A stretch of DNA of 24,000 nucleotides, taken from Metabacillus niabensis (GTDB taxonomy: Bacteria; Bacillota; Bacilli; Bacillales; Bacillaceae). Below the pieces are notes generated by a model. It did not search any database, was not told the DNA's origin, and was given only the letters and a program-made list of their open reading frames with translations. Location of the stretch: positions 170,035 to 194,034 of the forward strand of contig NZ_JAUSTZ010000007.1 in assembly GCF_030813165.1 (NCBI RefSeq). The letters run 5' to 3'. Shown piece by piece: positions 1-9,271 of the stretch; the first letter of the stretch is position 1, and every line of letters starts with the position of its first letter. A program made the translations under genes and the position numbers.

Positions 1-502
1 TTAAAAATTCTGCTTTTTTTACATCTCTAAAACGCTCTAAAGCACCCTTTAAATCGATTTCTGTAATTGGCTTAGCATCTTTTTTAGTATGGTCAAGTGA
101 CACATAGTAATCATCTGGAACAAGTTTAGAAATTGTATTTAAGTTTTCTAAAAAGTTTCCAGCCATTTCCTCTTTATTTGGTAATTCGTAGATATAAGCT
201 AACCAGACGAAAAGATGATCATCGAATAAGCCAACTTGAAAATGTGGATGTTGTTTATAGCCTCGTTTATTATCTGCAATTGCCAGCCAAGTATCTTTTG
301 GCGGGTTTATCGTTCTTCGGGCATGCTTCGCAATATGAAGAAACATTTCTTTTTGTAATGAAGCTGATAAGTCATCTGTTAAAATTTGACCAATTTCTTT
401 AAACTTTGGTTGAATTCTTTCCCTTATTGCTTCCATTCGGTCTTCTAACCCATCTATTGTAAAGGTTTCAAAATCTTTTTCAGTAAAGCCGGTAAAATTC
501 AC
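1..502 (-). CDS. yktB: YktB-like protein (UPF0637/DUF1054 family), C-terminal part cut off by the left window edge
   Basis: My own minus-strand translation from GTG at 502 gives VNFTGFTEKDFETFTIDGLEDRMEAIRERIQPKFKEIGQ...HIAKHARRTINPPKDTWLAIADNKRGYKQHPHFQVGLFDDHLFVWLAY, open to position 2. AGGAGG lies 9 nt upstream. It is absent from the ORF track because no stop codon lies in the window. It matches my recollection of the B. subtilis YktB N-terminus. Confidence 0.8.
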   Translation of the reverse strand, partial: MNFTGFTEKDFETFTIDGLEDRMEAIRERIQPKFKEIGQILTDDLSASLQKEMFLHIAKHARRTINPPKDTWLAIADNKRGYKQHPHFQVGLFDDHLFVWLAYIYELPNKEEMAGNFLENLNTISKLVPDDYYVSLDHTKKDAKPITEIDLKGALERFRDVKKAEFL

Positions 503-764
503 GTAATGATTCCTCCTGTTTGTTTTCTCTATTCTACTATTATATATCGACAAGCTTCTTTTCGATAGTAATATGTACTTTTAACAAATATGATTCATTT
601 TGACATAGGCTGTTAGGTGGATACACAATTTCATACTCATAGTTCCAACTGATTTTCCTTTTACATACTATATAAAAAAACAATAGTATCCTAATTAATG
701 AATTCTTGAGACAACTGAATGGTGACAAAAAAATTAAAGTTGGATAGAAAGGGGCGGTAAACAA

Positions 765-953
765 ATGAAACAAATTGTGAAAACGAGTGGTCAAAAAACC
801 AACAACAATCGTATTGGGGTGTTAAGACTCGAACTTGATTATGAATTAGCCACCCTTTATGAAGCTATGCAGAATAAAGATGTAAAGAAAAAAATAGAAT
901 GTAAGCAAAAATTGGAAAAACTTCGAAAAGAGTGGATGAAGCTCCAAGCTTAG
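765..953 (+). CDS. small charged, helical-looking 62-aa protein in the position of B. subtilis ykzI
   Basis: ATG preceded by AAAGGGGCGG, followed by a terminator hairpin. It sits between yktB and the IMPase gene, as ykzI does in B. subtilis. Family identity not verified. Confidence 0.55.
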   Translation: MKQIVKTSGQKTNNNRIGVLRLELDYELATLYEAMQNKDVKKKIECKQKLEKLRKEWMKLQA

Positions 954-977
954 CTGTTGGAGCTGAAATGAAGCTAC

Positions 978-1006
978 AAACGAACCTAATCAGGGTTCGT
1001 TTTTAT
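978..1006 (+). terminator. rho-independent terminator after the small ORF
   Basis: Stem AACGAACC (979-986) pairs with GGTTCGTT (994-1001), followed by a T-run. Confidence 0.6.
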
Positions 1007-1106
1007 CTGCGTTTAGCAAATGGTCTTGCTTGCTTTCCGTCCTTTCTTTTAATACAGTATTCTTATAAATGAAAAAGTGATATATAAAAAGAAAAGAGGT
1101 TGTTGC

Positions 1107-1898
1107 ATGACAAATTGGAAGGATATAGATCAAAAAGCAAAGCAATGGATAATAGAGGCTGGAGAAAAAATTCGGCATTCATTTGATTCATCTCTTTCCA
1201 TTCAATACAAATCAAACCCAAATGATTTAGTAACGAACATGGATAAAGAAATTGAGCAATTTTTTATAAGTAGGATTCAAGAGACCTATCCAGAACATCG
1301 AATTTTAGGTGAAGAAGGTTATGGTGATGAAGTGTCATCAATGGATGGAGTTCTTTGGATTATTGATCCGATTGATGGAACGATGAATTTTGTTCATCAA
1401 CAGCGCAACTTTGCCATATCAATTGGAATCTATGGTGACGGAGTGGGTTACATAGGTTTAATTTATGATGTCGTACATAATGAATTGTATCATGCGTTTA
1501 AAGGTGAAGGCGCTTTTATGAATGATATTCCTTTACCAAAACTTGATAAAGTAGAGATAGAAAAAGCAATTTTAGGAATCAATCCTGTATGGGTAACTGA
1601 AAATCCGCGAATCGATTATCAACTAATTGTACCAATTGTTAAAAAGGTAAGAGGCACTCGCTCATATGGCTCCGCTGCTCTTGAATGTGCTTACGTTGCT
1701 GCTGGTCGATTAGATGGTTACATGACTATGAGACTCGCACCTTGGGATTTTGCGGCAGGTTTAGTATTAATTGAAGAAGTCGGAGGAAGTATTTCAACGA
1801 TGACTGGAGAGAAGCTTGATATTTTAACAAAAACCTCGTTCTTCGTAGGTGAAAAACATCTTCACAAGCATATTATTGAGGAATATTTAAACAAATGA
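1107..1898 (+). CDS. yktC: inositol monophosphatase family protein (SuhB/YktC-like)
   Basis: IMPase motifs WIIDPIDGTMNF and WDFAAG. I prefer ATG 1107 (MTNWKDI..., AAGAGG 6 nt upstream) over the track start at 1077. 263 aa, similar to B. subtilis YktC. Confidence 0.85.
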   Translation: MTNWKDIDQKAKQWIIEAGEKIRHSFDSSLSIQYKSNPNDLVTNMDKEIEQFFISRIQETYPEHRILGEEGYGDEVSSMDGVLWIIDPIDGTMNFVHQQRNFAISIGIYGDGVGYIGLIYDVVHNELYHAFKGEGAFMNDIPLPKLDKVEIEKAILGINPVWVTENPRIDYQLIVPIVKKVRGTRSYGSAALECAYVAAGRLDGYMTMRLAPWDFAAGLVLIEEVGGSISTMTGEKLDILTKTSFFVGEKHLHKHIIEEYLNK

Positions 1899-2371
1899 TG
1901 AATTCTCAATCTTTTTCTTGGAAAAAGCTTGAAATAGAAAAGGATGTACATTTTTTTTATGAGCTAGTAAAGGCAAGTCCCGAATGGAGCAAAGAAGAAT
2001 GTGTTCCTGAACAACTAGAAACATATCTCTCAAATTATAGTATGTATAATGGAGTTTGGCAGGTTTGGGAGCTTGATGGAGACTTAGTTGGGATTTGCTA
2101 TGTATTGGAGTGGTCACCTTCAAATGAAAAGCCTTGGCTTGGAACAATTCTTATTCATCCATCATTTAGAGGGCAAGGTTTTGCCAAAAAACTAATTGCG
2201 ATGATTGGGGAGGAATTAAAAGCGAGGGGCCATAAAGCGCTATTTGCTGCGTGTCCTTCAAATCAAAGTTCTTGGTTGTTATTTCTTGGGAAATGTGGCT
2301 TTGAGCAATATAAATTTGAAATTGATGACCAGACTTCTCAACAATATATACTTACAGTGAAGCCTTTATGA
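1895..2371 (+). CDS. GNAT family N-acetyltransferase
   Basis: Acetyl-CoA motif-A-like IHPSFRGQGFAKKLI. The start overlaps the upstream stop (ATGA, 4-nt overlap), suggesting translational coupling. Confidence 0.7.
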   Translation: MMNSQSFSWKKLEIEKDVHFFYELVKASPEWSKEECVPEQLETYLSNYSMYNGVWQVWELDGDLVGICYVLEWSPSNEKPWLGTILIHPSFRGQGFAKKLIAMIGEELKARGHKALFAACPSNQSSWLLFLGKCGFEQYKFEIDDQTSQQYILTVKPL

Positions 2372-2440
2372 AGATTGTTAATCCTTAAATAAGGAGGTCT
2401 CTCAAGGACTATTCAATTAAGGATTAACAATCTTATTTTC
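2371..2440 (+). terminator. 17-bp perfect inverted repeat with a 30-nt loop, probable terminator for the GNAT operon
   Basis: AAGATTGTTAATCCTTA (2371-2387) is the exact reverse complement of 2418-2434, followed by ATTTT. The right arm lies inside the 3' end of the convergent small ORF. Confidence 0.5.
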
Positions 2441-2628
2441 ACTCTAATATTCCTTTTTCTCTCATTCTTTTTTTTTAGGATAAATCCAAATGCCATAACT
2501 GCATTTAATAATACGATTGAGAGAAGGACTCCGAGTAGACTCCGTTCACCAACTGCAATTCCAATCCCGATCATAGATAAAGCTGCAACACATGCTAAAA
2601 CTAGAAAAATCCACTTGCCAATTTTCAT
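2413..2628 (-). CDS. small membrane protein with two predicted TM helices and a basic tail
   Basis: MKIGKWIFLVLACVAALSMIGIGIAV...LLSIVLLNAVMAFGFILKKKNERKR. AGGAGAG lies about 10 nt upstream of the ATG. Function unknown. Confidence 0.55.
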   Translation of the reverse strand: MKIGKWIFLVLACVAALSMIGIGIAVGERSLLGVLLSIVLLNAVMAFGFILKKKNERKRNIRVKIRLLILN

Positions 2629-2719
2629 AAAAACTTCACTCTCCTAAGTTGTGAAGAAAAAATTATCGTATCTTAATATATAGTTTACATAAAAACATAT
2701 CACTTTTCTACATTGTTTG

Positions 2720-2728
2720 TGGTATAAT
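2720..2728 (+). promoter_or_regulatory. extended -10 element (TGgTATAAT), candidate typA promoter
   Basis: TGGTATAAT at 2720-2728. The -35 is weak. It would give a 5' UTR of about 120 nt before typA. Confidence 0.5.
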
Positions 2729-2857
2729 ACCAAGGTAATTTTTATTTATTTTTAAATCAATTAGAATACTGCGAAAAGACTTACCGTATTACTTGTCAAA
2801 AGTATGGAAAACCTTTAAGTAGATCCTATTTGAATATACATTTTGGGAGATGAAAGA

Positions 2858-4699
2858 GTGAAATTACGAAACGATATTCGCAACATAGCTATTATTGCCC
2901 ACGTAGACCATGGGAAAACAACTTTGGTTGACCAGCTTTTACACCAATCTGGTACATTTCGTTCGAATGAACAAGTAGCAGAACGTGCAATGGATTCCAA
3001 TGATTTGGAACGTGAACGCGGGATTACGATTTTAGCAAAAAATACAGCAATTAATTATAAAGATACTCGTATCAATATCATGGATACTCCAGGACATGCG
3101 GACTTCGGTGGCGAAGTTGAACGGATTATGAAAATGGTTGATGGGGTTCTATTAGTTGTTGATGCATATGAAGGTTGTATGCCACAAACACGCTTTGTGT
3201 TGAAAAAAGCACTAGAGCAAAATTTAACTCCAATTGTTGTTGTAAACAAAATTGACCGTGATTTTGCCCGCCCGTCAGAAGTAGTTGATGAAGTTCTTGA
3301 TTTATTTATTGAATTAGATGCAAATGAAGATCAACTAGAATTTCCAGTTGTTTTTGCATCAGCTATTAATGGTACAGCTAGTACAAGTCCAGATCCTGCA
3401 GATCAAGAAGAAAATATGGCATCACTATTTGATGCAATCGTTGAGCACATTCCTGCTCCAATTGATAATAGAGAAGAACATCTACAATTCCAAGTAGCTC
3501 TACTTGATTATAATGATTATGTAGGACGAATTGGTATCGGTCGTGTTTTCCGTGGAACGATGCATGTAGGTCAGCAAGTAGCATTAATGAAGATTGATGG
3601 TTCTGTTAAAAACTTCCGAGTGACAAAATTATTCGGATTCCAAGGACTTAAACGTATTGAAATTCAAGAAGCTGTTGCTGGGGATTTAGTTGCAGTTTCA
3701 GGTATGGAAGATATAAACGTTGGGGAAACAGTGTGTCCTGTTGAGCATCAAGAAGCTTTACCGATTTTACGTATAGACGAGCCTACATTACAAATGACCT
3801 TTGCAGTAAATAATAGTCCATTTGCTGGTCGTGAAGGTAAATTCGTGACAGCTCGTAAAATTGAAGAAAGATTATTATCACAATTACAAACTGACGTAAG
3901 CTTACGAGTTGAGCCAACGGATTCCCCTGATGCATGGATCGTATCAGGACGTGGTGAGCTTCACCTTTCAATTTTAATTGAAAATATGCGTCGCGAAGGC
4001 TACGAGCTTCAAGTTTCAAAGCCTGAAGTAATTGTAAAAGAAATTGACGGTGTTCGTTGTGAACCTGTTGAACGAGTTCAAATCGATGTACCTGAGGAGC
4101 ATACTGGTGGTGTAATGGAATCAATCGGTGCTCGAAAAGGTGAAATGATTGATATGATTAATAACGGGAACGGGCAAGTTCGCTTAATTTTTAATGTTCC
4201 TGCTCGTGGGTTAATAGGTTACTCAACAGAATTTATGTCATTAACACGTGGCTTCGGTATCATTAATCATACATTTGATAGCTATCAGCCGATGCAGCCA
4301 GGAAAAGTTGGTGGACGCAGACAAGGTGTTCTTGTTTCAATGGAAAACGGAAAATCAACAACATATGGTATTCAAGGTGTTGAAGACCGTGGTGTGATAT
4401 TTGTTGAAGCCGGTGTTGATGTTTATGAAGGTATGATCGTTGGGGAACATACACGTGAAAACGACTTAGTTGTTAACATTTGTAAAATGAAACAACAAAC
4501 GAATATTCGTTCAGCTACAAAAGACCAAACAAATACAATGAAAAAACCTCGTATAATGTCGTTAGAGGAAGCGTTAGAGTATTTAAACGAGGACGAATAT
4601 TGTGAATTAACCCCTGAGTCCATTAGACTTAGAAAGAAAATACTAGATAAAAATGAACGTGAAAAAGCAGCGAAAAAGAAAAAGTTAGCAGGAATTTAA
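2858..4699 (+). CDS. typA: translational GTPase TypA/BipA
   Basis: G1 motif [17 protein letters not shown] and NKID, with an EF-G-like domain order. I prefer GTG 2858 ([27 protein letters not shown] upstream), giving 613 aa. The track start at 2843 adds 5 residues. Confidence 0.95.
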   Translation: MKLRNDIRNIAIIAHVDHGKTTLVDQLLHQSGTFRSNEQVAERAMDSNDLERERGITILAKNTAINYKDTRINIMDTPGHADFGGEVERIMKMVDGVLLVVDAYEGCMPQTRFVLKKALEQNLTPIVVVNKIDRDFARPSEVVDEVLDLFIELDANEDQLEFPVVFASAINGTASTSPDPADQEENMASLFDAIVEHIPAPIDNREEHLQFQVALLDYNDYVGRIGIGRVFRGTMHVGQQVALMKIDGSVKNFRVTKLFGFQGLKRIEIQEAVAGDLVAVSGMEDINVGETVCPVEHQEALPILRIDEPTLQMTFAVNNSPFAGREGKFVTARKIEERLLSQLQTDVSLRVEPTDSPDAWIVSGRGELHLSILIENMRREGYELQVSKPEVIVKEIDGVRCEPVERVQIDVPEEHTGGVMESIGARKGEMIDMINNGNGQVRLIFNVPARGLIGYSTEFMSLTRGFGIINHTFDSYQPMQPGKVGGRRQGVLVSMENGKSTTYGIQGVEDRGVIFVEAGVDVYEGMIVGEHTRENDLVVNICKMKQQTNIRSATKDQTNTMKKPRIMSLEEALEYLNEDEYCELTPESIRLRKKILDKNEREKAAKKKKLAGI

Positions 4700-4776
4700 C
4701 GATTTCTTTGAATAGAGTGCACATAGTAAACTAATCTTGCTTACTATATTCACTGCTGATAATTAATTGTGCAGAA

Positions 4777-4876
4777 GGCTGATTCAACTATAGAAAGTTA
4801 TCTTAATGTTACGTGTCTAGTCCAATAGACAATAATAATTTTTGAAGATAATTTTAGATGAATCAGCCATTTTTTT
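4777..4876 (+). terminator. long interrupted hairpin plus T7 run, probable typA terminator or 3' UTR structure
   Basis: Outer stem GGCTGATTCA (4777-4786) / TGAATCAGCC (4859-4868). Middle stem TTATCTT (4798-4804) / AAGATAA (4845-4851). Apical stem TGTCTA (4814-4819) / TAGACA (4826-4831). Then ATTTTTTT. Confidence 0.5.
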
Positions 4877-4928
4877 AGGTTGATTTTATCGTTTTTATAA
4901 AATGTGATGAGAATAAGGAGGGGGAAAG

Positions 4929-5243
4929 GTGGAAATAGAAGAAAGATTATCATTTTTTCCTAGTTTGTATAAAGTTACCGAAAATCCAGACTTAGGAATG
5001 TGGCTGTTATATATCACAATTTTTCTGTTATCAGTGGTTGTTTATAAACTGGGATTTGCCAAAAAGCTTCCGATATTAAAATCCCTTATCATTTACATAT
5101 TTCTCGCATTAGGATGTACAGTGCTCACTTTTTTAGGTATCTTTTTACCGATAGCTGAAGGGTTAGTTGTCGCTGCATTAATCTTAATCATTTACAAAAT
5201 TAGACTTTATCAATCAAAAAAACAAGATGCAAAAGAGGCATAA
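4929..5243 (+). CDS. ylaH: YlaH-like small membrane protein
   Basis: GTG start with AGGAGG 7 nt upstream. [15 protein letters not shown]... plus three hydrophobic segments. Same position and size (104 aa) as B. subtilis ylaH. Confidence 0.8.
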   Translation: MEIEERLSFFPSLYKVTENPDLGMWLLYITIFLLSVVVYKLGFAKKLPILKSLIIYIFLALGCTVLTFLGIFLPIAEGLVVAALILIIYKIRLYQSKKQDAKEA

Positions 5244-5244
5244 G

Positions 5245-5300
5245 AAAAGCTGTCTTAACATTTGTCCTTTAAGTAGGTCATAAGTTAAGGCAGCTTTTTA
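5245..5300 (+). terminator. terminator after ylaH
   Basis: AAAAGCTGTCTTAAC (5245-5259) pairs with GTTAAGGCAGCTTTT (5284-5298) with one G-U pair, followed by a T-run. The loop is rather long (24 nt). Confidence 0.55.
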
Positions 5301-5421
5301 TTGTTGCAAATTGATAGCTTTCTTTTAAGGGTATCTTTAAAAGAGAAAGAATTTTATCCATAAATTAATTCGCAAAAGACTAATTTCACAAATAGCTTAA
5401 AGAAAGTCTAATGAATTTAAG

Positions 5422-5622
5422 TTACCATGAGTCTTCCGTTTTTTTATCTTGATAAAGCCTAAATTTTCCAGTTGCGATACGAGCGTTTGTTTTCGCTTCA
5501 ATTCGTTCATTACATTCTCTACACATATATGTATGGATGGGACGATTTATTAATCGTTTTGCCATTAATGTTTCATCTTCAATATTTTCAACTTTATCAC
5601 AAATTACACACTTTACCTTCAT
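5422..5622 (-). CDS. ylaI: YlaI-like zinc-ribbon small protein
   Basis: MKVKCVICDKVENIEDETLMAKRLINRPIHTYMCRECNERI has two CxxC pairs. I prefer ATG 5622 with GAGGTG 5 nt upstream over the TTG track start at 5634. Confidence 0.8.
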   Translation of the reverse strand: MKVKCVICDKVENIEDETLMAKRLINRPIHTYMCRECNERIEAKTNARIATGKFRLYQDKKTEDSW

Positions 5623-5923
5623 TCGACACCTCAAACCTTTTACAATTTTTTAGTCGTACGTTTTATTAAGTATATCATGTTAGAGGTTAAATAATGAAGA
5701 ACCTAAGAAAAAATGAATGTGACTTGTGATTAATTTGGAGAGTGAATGAAGGGATGAAAGGCCCAATTTGATAATTAGTATAATAACAGTTTAAGGAGGC
5801 ATTCTTAATTGAAAGGTGTTCAATCCTCTTTAGGCACTAAATGGGAGCATACAATTTTTTATCTCCCAAATTTAGTGTTGCTTGAGGTTAGCTTCTTTCA
5901 GATTGCCTCCTTATCTCTTTGTC

Positions 5924-6532
5924 TTAACGGTGCTTCTGATTATTTGATTGATCCTGCTGCTCTTCTTCTATTTTTTTCTCATTTTTGTTATTTAATTGAT
6001 CGTCATTTGTTTCAGTTGGTTGTTTTTGTTGATTATCAAGTGCATCATTAGGTATTTCAGGTATAACGCGCCCGACAATTGCTGCAAGCTCATCTAATAT
6101 GCCAACAATTGGTCTACCTTCTTGTATTTCTCTTCCCATTTCACGAAGGCGTGCGTTTGTATCTGCATCTGCGATTACGACAGCATTTGCACCATAGGGG
6201 TCATGCCTTAAGCTTTCCGAAACTGTATATTTTATTGATTCAACTTTATTTCGATCCAAATTTGAATTTACATCAATGCCAACAACAGCAAAATCCCCTA
6301 ATACAACAGCAGTAGCATCATTGACCTCTGGTATTCTGTTAGCCAAATTAACAAGGTGCTTCGAGATTTCTTGTCCAGTTTTTCGGTCTATATTATTTTC
6401 ATCTACACTGTTTTTTACTTTAATTGGTGTCCCGTTATTAAGTGAGTCGTCAGTATTGGGTGCACCTTGATTTACATTACAACCAGTAAGAGCAAGGGTT
6501 AGTAGTAGTAAAGCAAAATAAATTATTTTCAT
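5924..6532 (-). CDS. ylaJ: YlaJ-like sporulation lipoprotein (YhcN/YlaJ family)
   Basis: Signal peptide with lipobox MKIIYFALLLLTLALTGC. AAGGAGTG lies upstream of ATG 6532. Core VNDATAVVLGDFAVVGIDV...ANAVVIADADT, with a low-complexity N/Q/E/K tail. Confidence 0.8.
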   Translation of the reverse strand: MKIIYFALLLLTLALTGCNVNQGAPNTDDSLNNGTPIKVKNSVDENNIDRKTGQEISKHLVNLANRIPEVNDATAVVLGDFAVVGIDVNSNLDRNKVESIKYTVSESLRHDPYGANAVVIADADTNARLREMGREIQEGRPIVGILDELAAIVGRVIPEIPNDALDNQQKQPTETNDDQLNNKNEKKIEEEQQDQSNNQKHR

Positions 6533-6740
6533 GAAATCACTCCTTAATTCCGCAATTGAATCCATTTAAAGAACATTCATTGCAGTTTTTTTCCTTGCTT
6601 TTTAATTTTATTGTCTAATAAACCTTCTATCTTTATTCATCCTTTCATATATTTTAGCAACGCTTCATTCACAGCTTGACTTTTTTACGAACTAATTGTT
6701 TCACTCCATAAAAAAATAGCACGGAGTAGGAGGCGGAGTT

Positions 6741-8069
6741 TTGAGGAAGATTTATGTACTAGACACGAATGTTTTATTGCAAGACCCAAATTCAATCTTT
6801 TCCTTTGAAGAAAATGAAGTAATTATTCCTGCAGTTGTTTTAGAGGAAGTAGATTCAAAAAAAAGGTACATGGATGAAATTGGAAGGAATGCTAGACAAG
6901 TATCAAAACTAATCGATCAATTAAGAGAATCTGGAAAGCTCCATGAAAAAATTCCGTTGCCAAATGGTGGTTCACTCAGAATTGAATTAAATCACCGTTC
7001 TTTTCAACAACTTCAAGAAATATTTGTTGAAAAAACAAATGATAACAGAATTCTAGCTGTTGCAAAAAATTTATCCTTGGAGGAGCAGACAAAGGAAAAT
7101 GGCCGAGCTGTAATCTTAGTAAGCAAGGACACGCTCGTTAGGGTTAAGGCAGACGCTATTGGCCTTATAGCCGAGGATTTTCTAAGTGATCGAGTAGTCG
7201 AAATTGACCATATATACACTGGATTTCTTGATTTGTATATTAGTAGCGATAATTTAAATCGGTTTTATGAAAAGAACGAACTTATTCTTTCGGAAATAAC
7301 AAACCATCCATTTTATCCAAATCAATTCGTTATTATGAAGGATGCATTAGGTGGTTCATCATCAGCAATTGGTAAGGTTGATCAATCAGGTAAAAAGATT
7401 CAAAGGCTCGTTTTTGACCATGACCATATTTGGGGAATAAGACCGAGAAATGTCCAACAAACAATGGCATTTGAGCTGCTTTTAAGGGCGGATGTTCCAT
7501 TAGTAACCCTTATTGGTAAAGCTGGTACTGGAAAAACATTATTAGCTCTTGCAGCAGGTCTTATGCAGACGGAGGATTTAGGAACTTATAAAAAGCTGTT
7601 AGTCGCAAGACCAATCGTGCCGGTTGGAAAGGACCTTGGATTTTTGCCTGGTGAAAAGGAAGAAAAATTAAGACCTTGGATGCAGCCAATTTACGATAAT
7701 TTGGAATATCTATTCAATACTAAAAAACCGGGAGAATTAGATGCGATTTTAGCGGGTATGGGGTCGATTGAGGTTGAAGCTTTAACATATATTCGAGGGC
7801 GTAGTATCCCTGAACAAATTATTCTTATAGATGAAGCACAAAACTTAACAAAGCATGAAGTGAAAACAATTCTTACAAGGGTTGGTGAACGGAGTAAAAT
7901 TGTCTTAATGGGTGATCCAGAACAAATTGACCATCCATATCTTGATGAATACAATAATGGCTTAACATATGTTGTTGAGAAATTTAAGGATCAACCAATT
8001 GCTGGACATGTAAGACTTGTTAAGGGTGAACGGTCAGGGTTAGCACAACTAGCAGCTGACATACTTTAA
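6741..8069 (+). CDS. ylaK: PIN-domain plus PhoH-like ATPase (YlaK)
   Basis: N-terminal PIN-like YVLDTNVLLQDP, Walker A GKAGTGKT, Walker B ILIDEAQN. TTG start with AGGAGG 7 nt upstream. 442 aa, as I recall for B. subtilis YlaK. Confidence 0.9.
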   Translation: MRKIYVLDTNVLLQDPNSIFSFEENEVIIPAVVLEEVDSKKRYMDEIGRNARQVSKLIDQLRESGKLHEKIPLPNGGSLRIELNHRSFQQLQEIFVEKTNDNRILAVAKNLSLEEQTKENGRAVILVSKDTLVRVKADAIGLIAEDFLSDRVVEIDHIYTGFLDLYISSDNLNRFYEKNELILSEITNHPFYPNQFVIMKDALGGSSSAIGKVDQSGKKIQRLVFDHDHIWGIRPRNVQQTMAFELLLRADVPLVTLIGKAGTGKTLLALAAGLMQTEDLGTYKKLLVARPIVPVGKDLGFLPGEKEEKLRPWMQPIYDNLEYLFNTKKPGELDAILAGMGSIEVEALTYIRGRSIPEQIILIDEAQNLTKHEVKTILTRVGERSKIVLMGDPEQIDHPYLDEYNNGLTYVVEKFKDQPIAGHVRLVKGERSGLAQLAADIL

Positions 8070-8076
8070 GAAAGCC

Positions 8077-8102
8077 AAGGGGGATTTATGAAGCCCCCTT
8101 TT
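8077..8102 (+). terminator. terminator after ylaK
   Basis: AAGGGGG (8077-8083) pairs with CCCCCTT (8094-8100), followed by TTTT. A third copy, AAGGGGGC at 8126-8133, can pair with the same C-run and may terminate convergent ylaL. Confidence 0.65.
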
Positions 8103-8145
8103 AAGGTCTATACTTAGACATATTTAAGGGGGCTTTATTAGATAC

Positions 8146-8643
8146 TTAAACGACAACAATTTCCTTTACATTTTTTATTGGGTTTGAATAATTTGAACCA
8201 TCTCCATAATAAATATGTATTGGACCATCTTCTTTTAGAGGTTTTCCATTAATACTAAACCCAAGAACAACATTAAGAGCTTCTTCAATTGATAATGAAA
8301 TATTTCCTTCTTTCGTCACAAAATTGACAGTTGTGGCATCTTCAAAAATAACAGCGTTTTCAAGGAACGGCTTTAATGGTATACCGAAAGTACCATTTAG
8401 CACTTTTTGTTTTTCATAGATTTTTTCAGTTTTAAGTGTAGGGGGATGAATGGCTCCCTCTCTAATTTCACGTTCCCAATGTTTTGAAGTTGCCTTCGTG
8501 TATTCTTCAATTTCATCTATTGTTGCAGCTTCTTCTGTGAAATACGTTGTTAAATCAACCTTTCTGTCATCGAAGATCCAAACACCGGGATCTAATGTAA
8601 TTTGAAATTGAACATTACCTTTAATCATTACGATTGATTCCAT
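8146..8643 (-). CDS. YlaL-like conserved protein of unknown function
   Basis: I prefer ATG 8643 (MESIVMIKG..., AAGGAGTG 6 nt upstream). 165 aa, between ylaK and ylaN as ylaL is in B. subtilis. Family assignment is by position and size only. Confidence 0.6.
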   Translation of the reverse strand: MESIVMIKGNVQFQITLDPGVWIFDDRKVDLTTYFTEEAATIDEIEEYTKATSKHWEREIREGAIHPPTLKTEKIYEKQKVLNGTFGIPLKPFLENAVIFEDATTVNFVTKEGNISLSIEEALNVVLGFSINGKPLKEDGPIHIYYGDGSNYSNPIKNVKEIVVV

Positions 8644-8844
8644 AAACGACACTCCTTTATAACGCAAGTATAACCTTTTTTATCACAAATTGTCACATAA
8701 TATTAATTAGAAACTATCATCAAAAATCTGTGTATTTTTTACGAAAAATCGAAGTTTATATTGATTGTCCTTGCTTTTTCAATGATTTGGTTATAATATT
8801 AAATCATAAGTAGAGGGTAATCGCTCGGAAACGGAGGGATTCAT

Positions 8845-9126
8845 TTGGCGTCTGAGATTGCTATTAATCATCGTGAAAAAGCACTTGCGTTACTTAGGGC
8901 AGATGCTGAAAAAATCATGAAATTAATAAAAGTCCAAATGGACAATTTAACAATGCCTCAGTGTCCTCTTTATGAAGAGGTTTTAGATACACAAATGTTC
9001 GGTTTATCTAGAGAAATTGACTTCGCGGTACGATTAGGCTTAGTTGAGGAACGTGAAGGAAAAGAATTGCTAGATACACTCGAAAGGGAGCTCTCAGCTC
9101 TACATGATGCATTTACAGGCAAATAA
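8845..9126 (+). CDS. ylaN: YlaN (UPF0358) protein
   Basis: [66 protein letters not shown] closely matches my recollection of B. subtilis YlaN. TTG start with GGAGGG 6 nt upstream. Confidence 0.85.
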   Translation: MASEIAINHREKALALLRADAEKIMKLIKVQMDNLTMPQCPLYEEVLDTQMFGLSREIDFAVRLGLVEEREGKELLDTLERELSALHDAFTGK

Positions 9127-9131
9127 TGAAC

Positions 9132-9171
9132 AAAACTCAAACTAACTAGGTAGTAAGTTTGAGTTTTTTTA
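9132..9171 (+). terminator. terminator after ylaN
   Basis: AACTCAAACT (9134-9143) pairs with AGTTTGAGTT (9156-9165), a 10-bp perfect stem, followed by T7. Confidence 0.8.
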
Positions 9172-9271
9172 TTTCTCTATCAGTTTTTAAAGGAAATTAA
9201 CTTTTTTAGAGCGAAGATATAGTAAAATAAAAGCAACGTACGAATAATGACAGTAGTAAGGAAGAGATATT

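Noticed and set aside
133-402. 89-aa plus-strand ORF
   Set aside because: It lies entirely antisense to the well-supported yktB coding sequence, and I see no SD.
540-794. 84-aa minus-strand ORF
   Set aside because: It lies in the yktB/ykzI-like divergent promoter region and overlaps the small ORF's start. I see no SD, and its composition is typical of translated AT-rich DNA.
2815-4623. Seven minus-strand ORFs of 61-113 aa (2815-3000, 3055-3249, 3378-3584, 3783-4124, 4263-4454, 4423-4623)
   Set aside because: All are antisense to typA and are shadow frames of a strongly conserved gene.
6079-6470. Plus-strand ORFs of 78 and 64 aa
   Set aside because: They are antisense to ylaJ, low-complexity, with no SD.
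7013-7954. Minus-strand ORFs of 68 and 87 aa inside ylaK
   Set aside because: Antisense shadow frames of a conserved PhoH-like gene.
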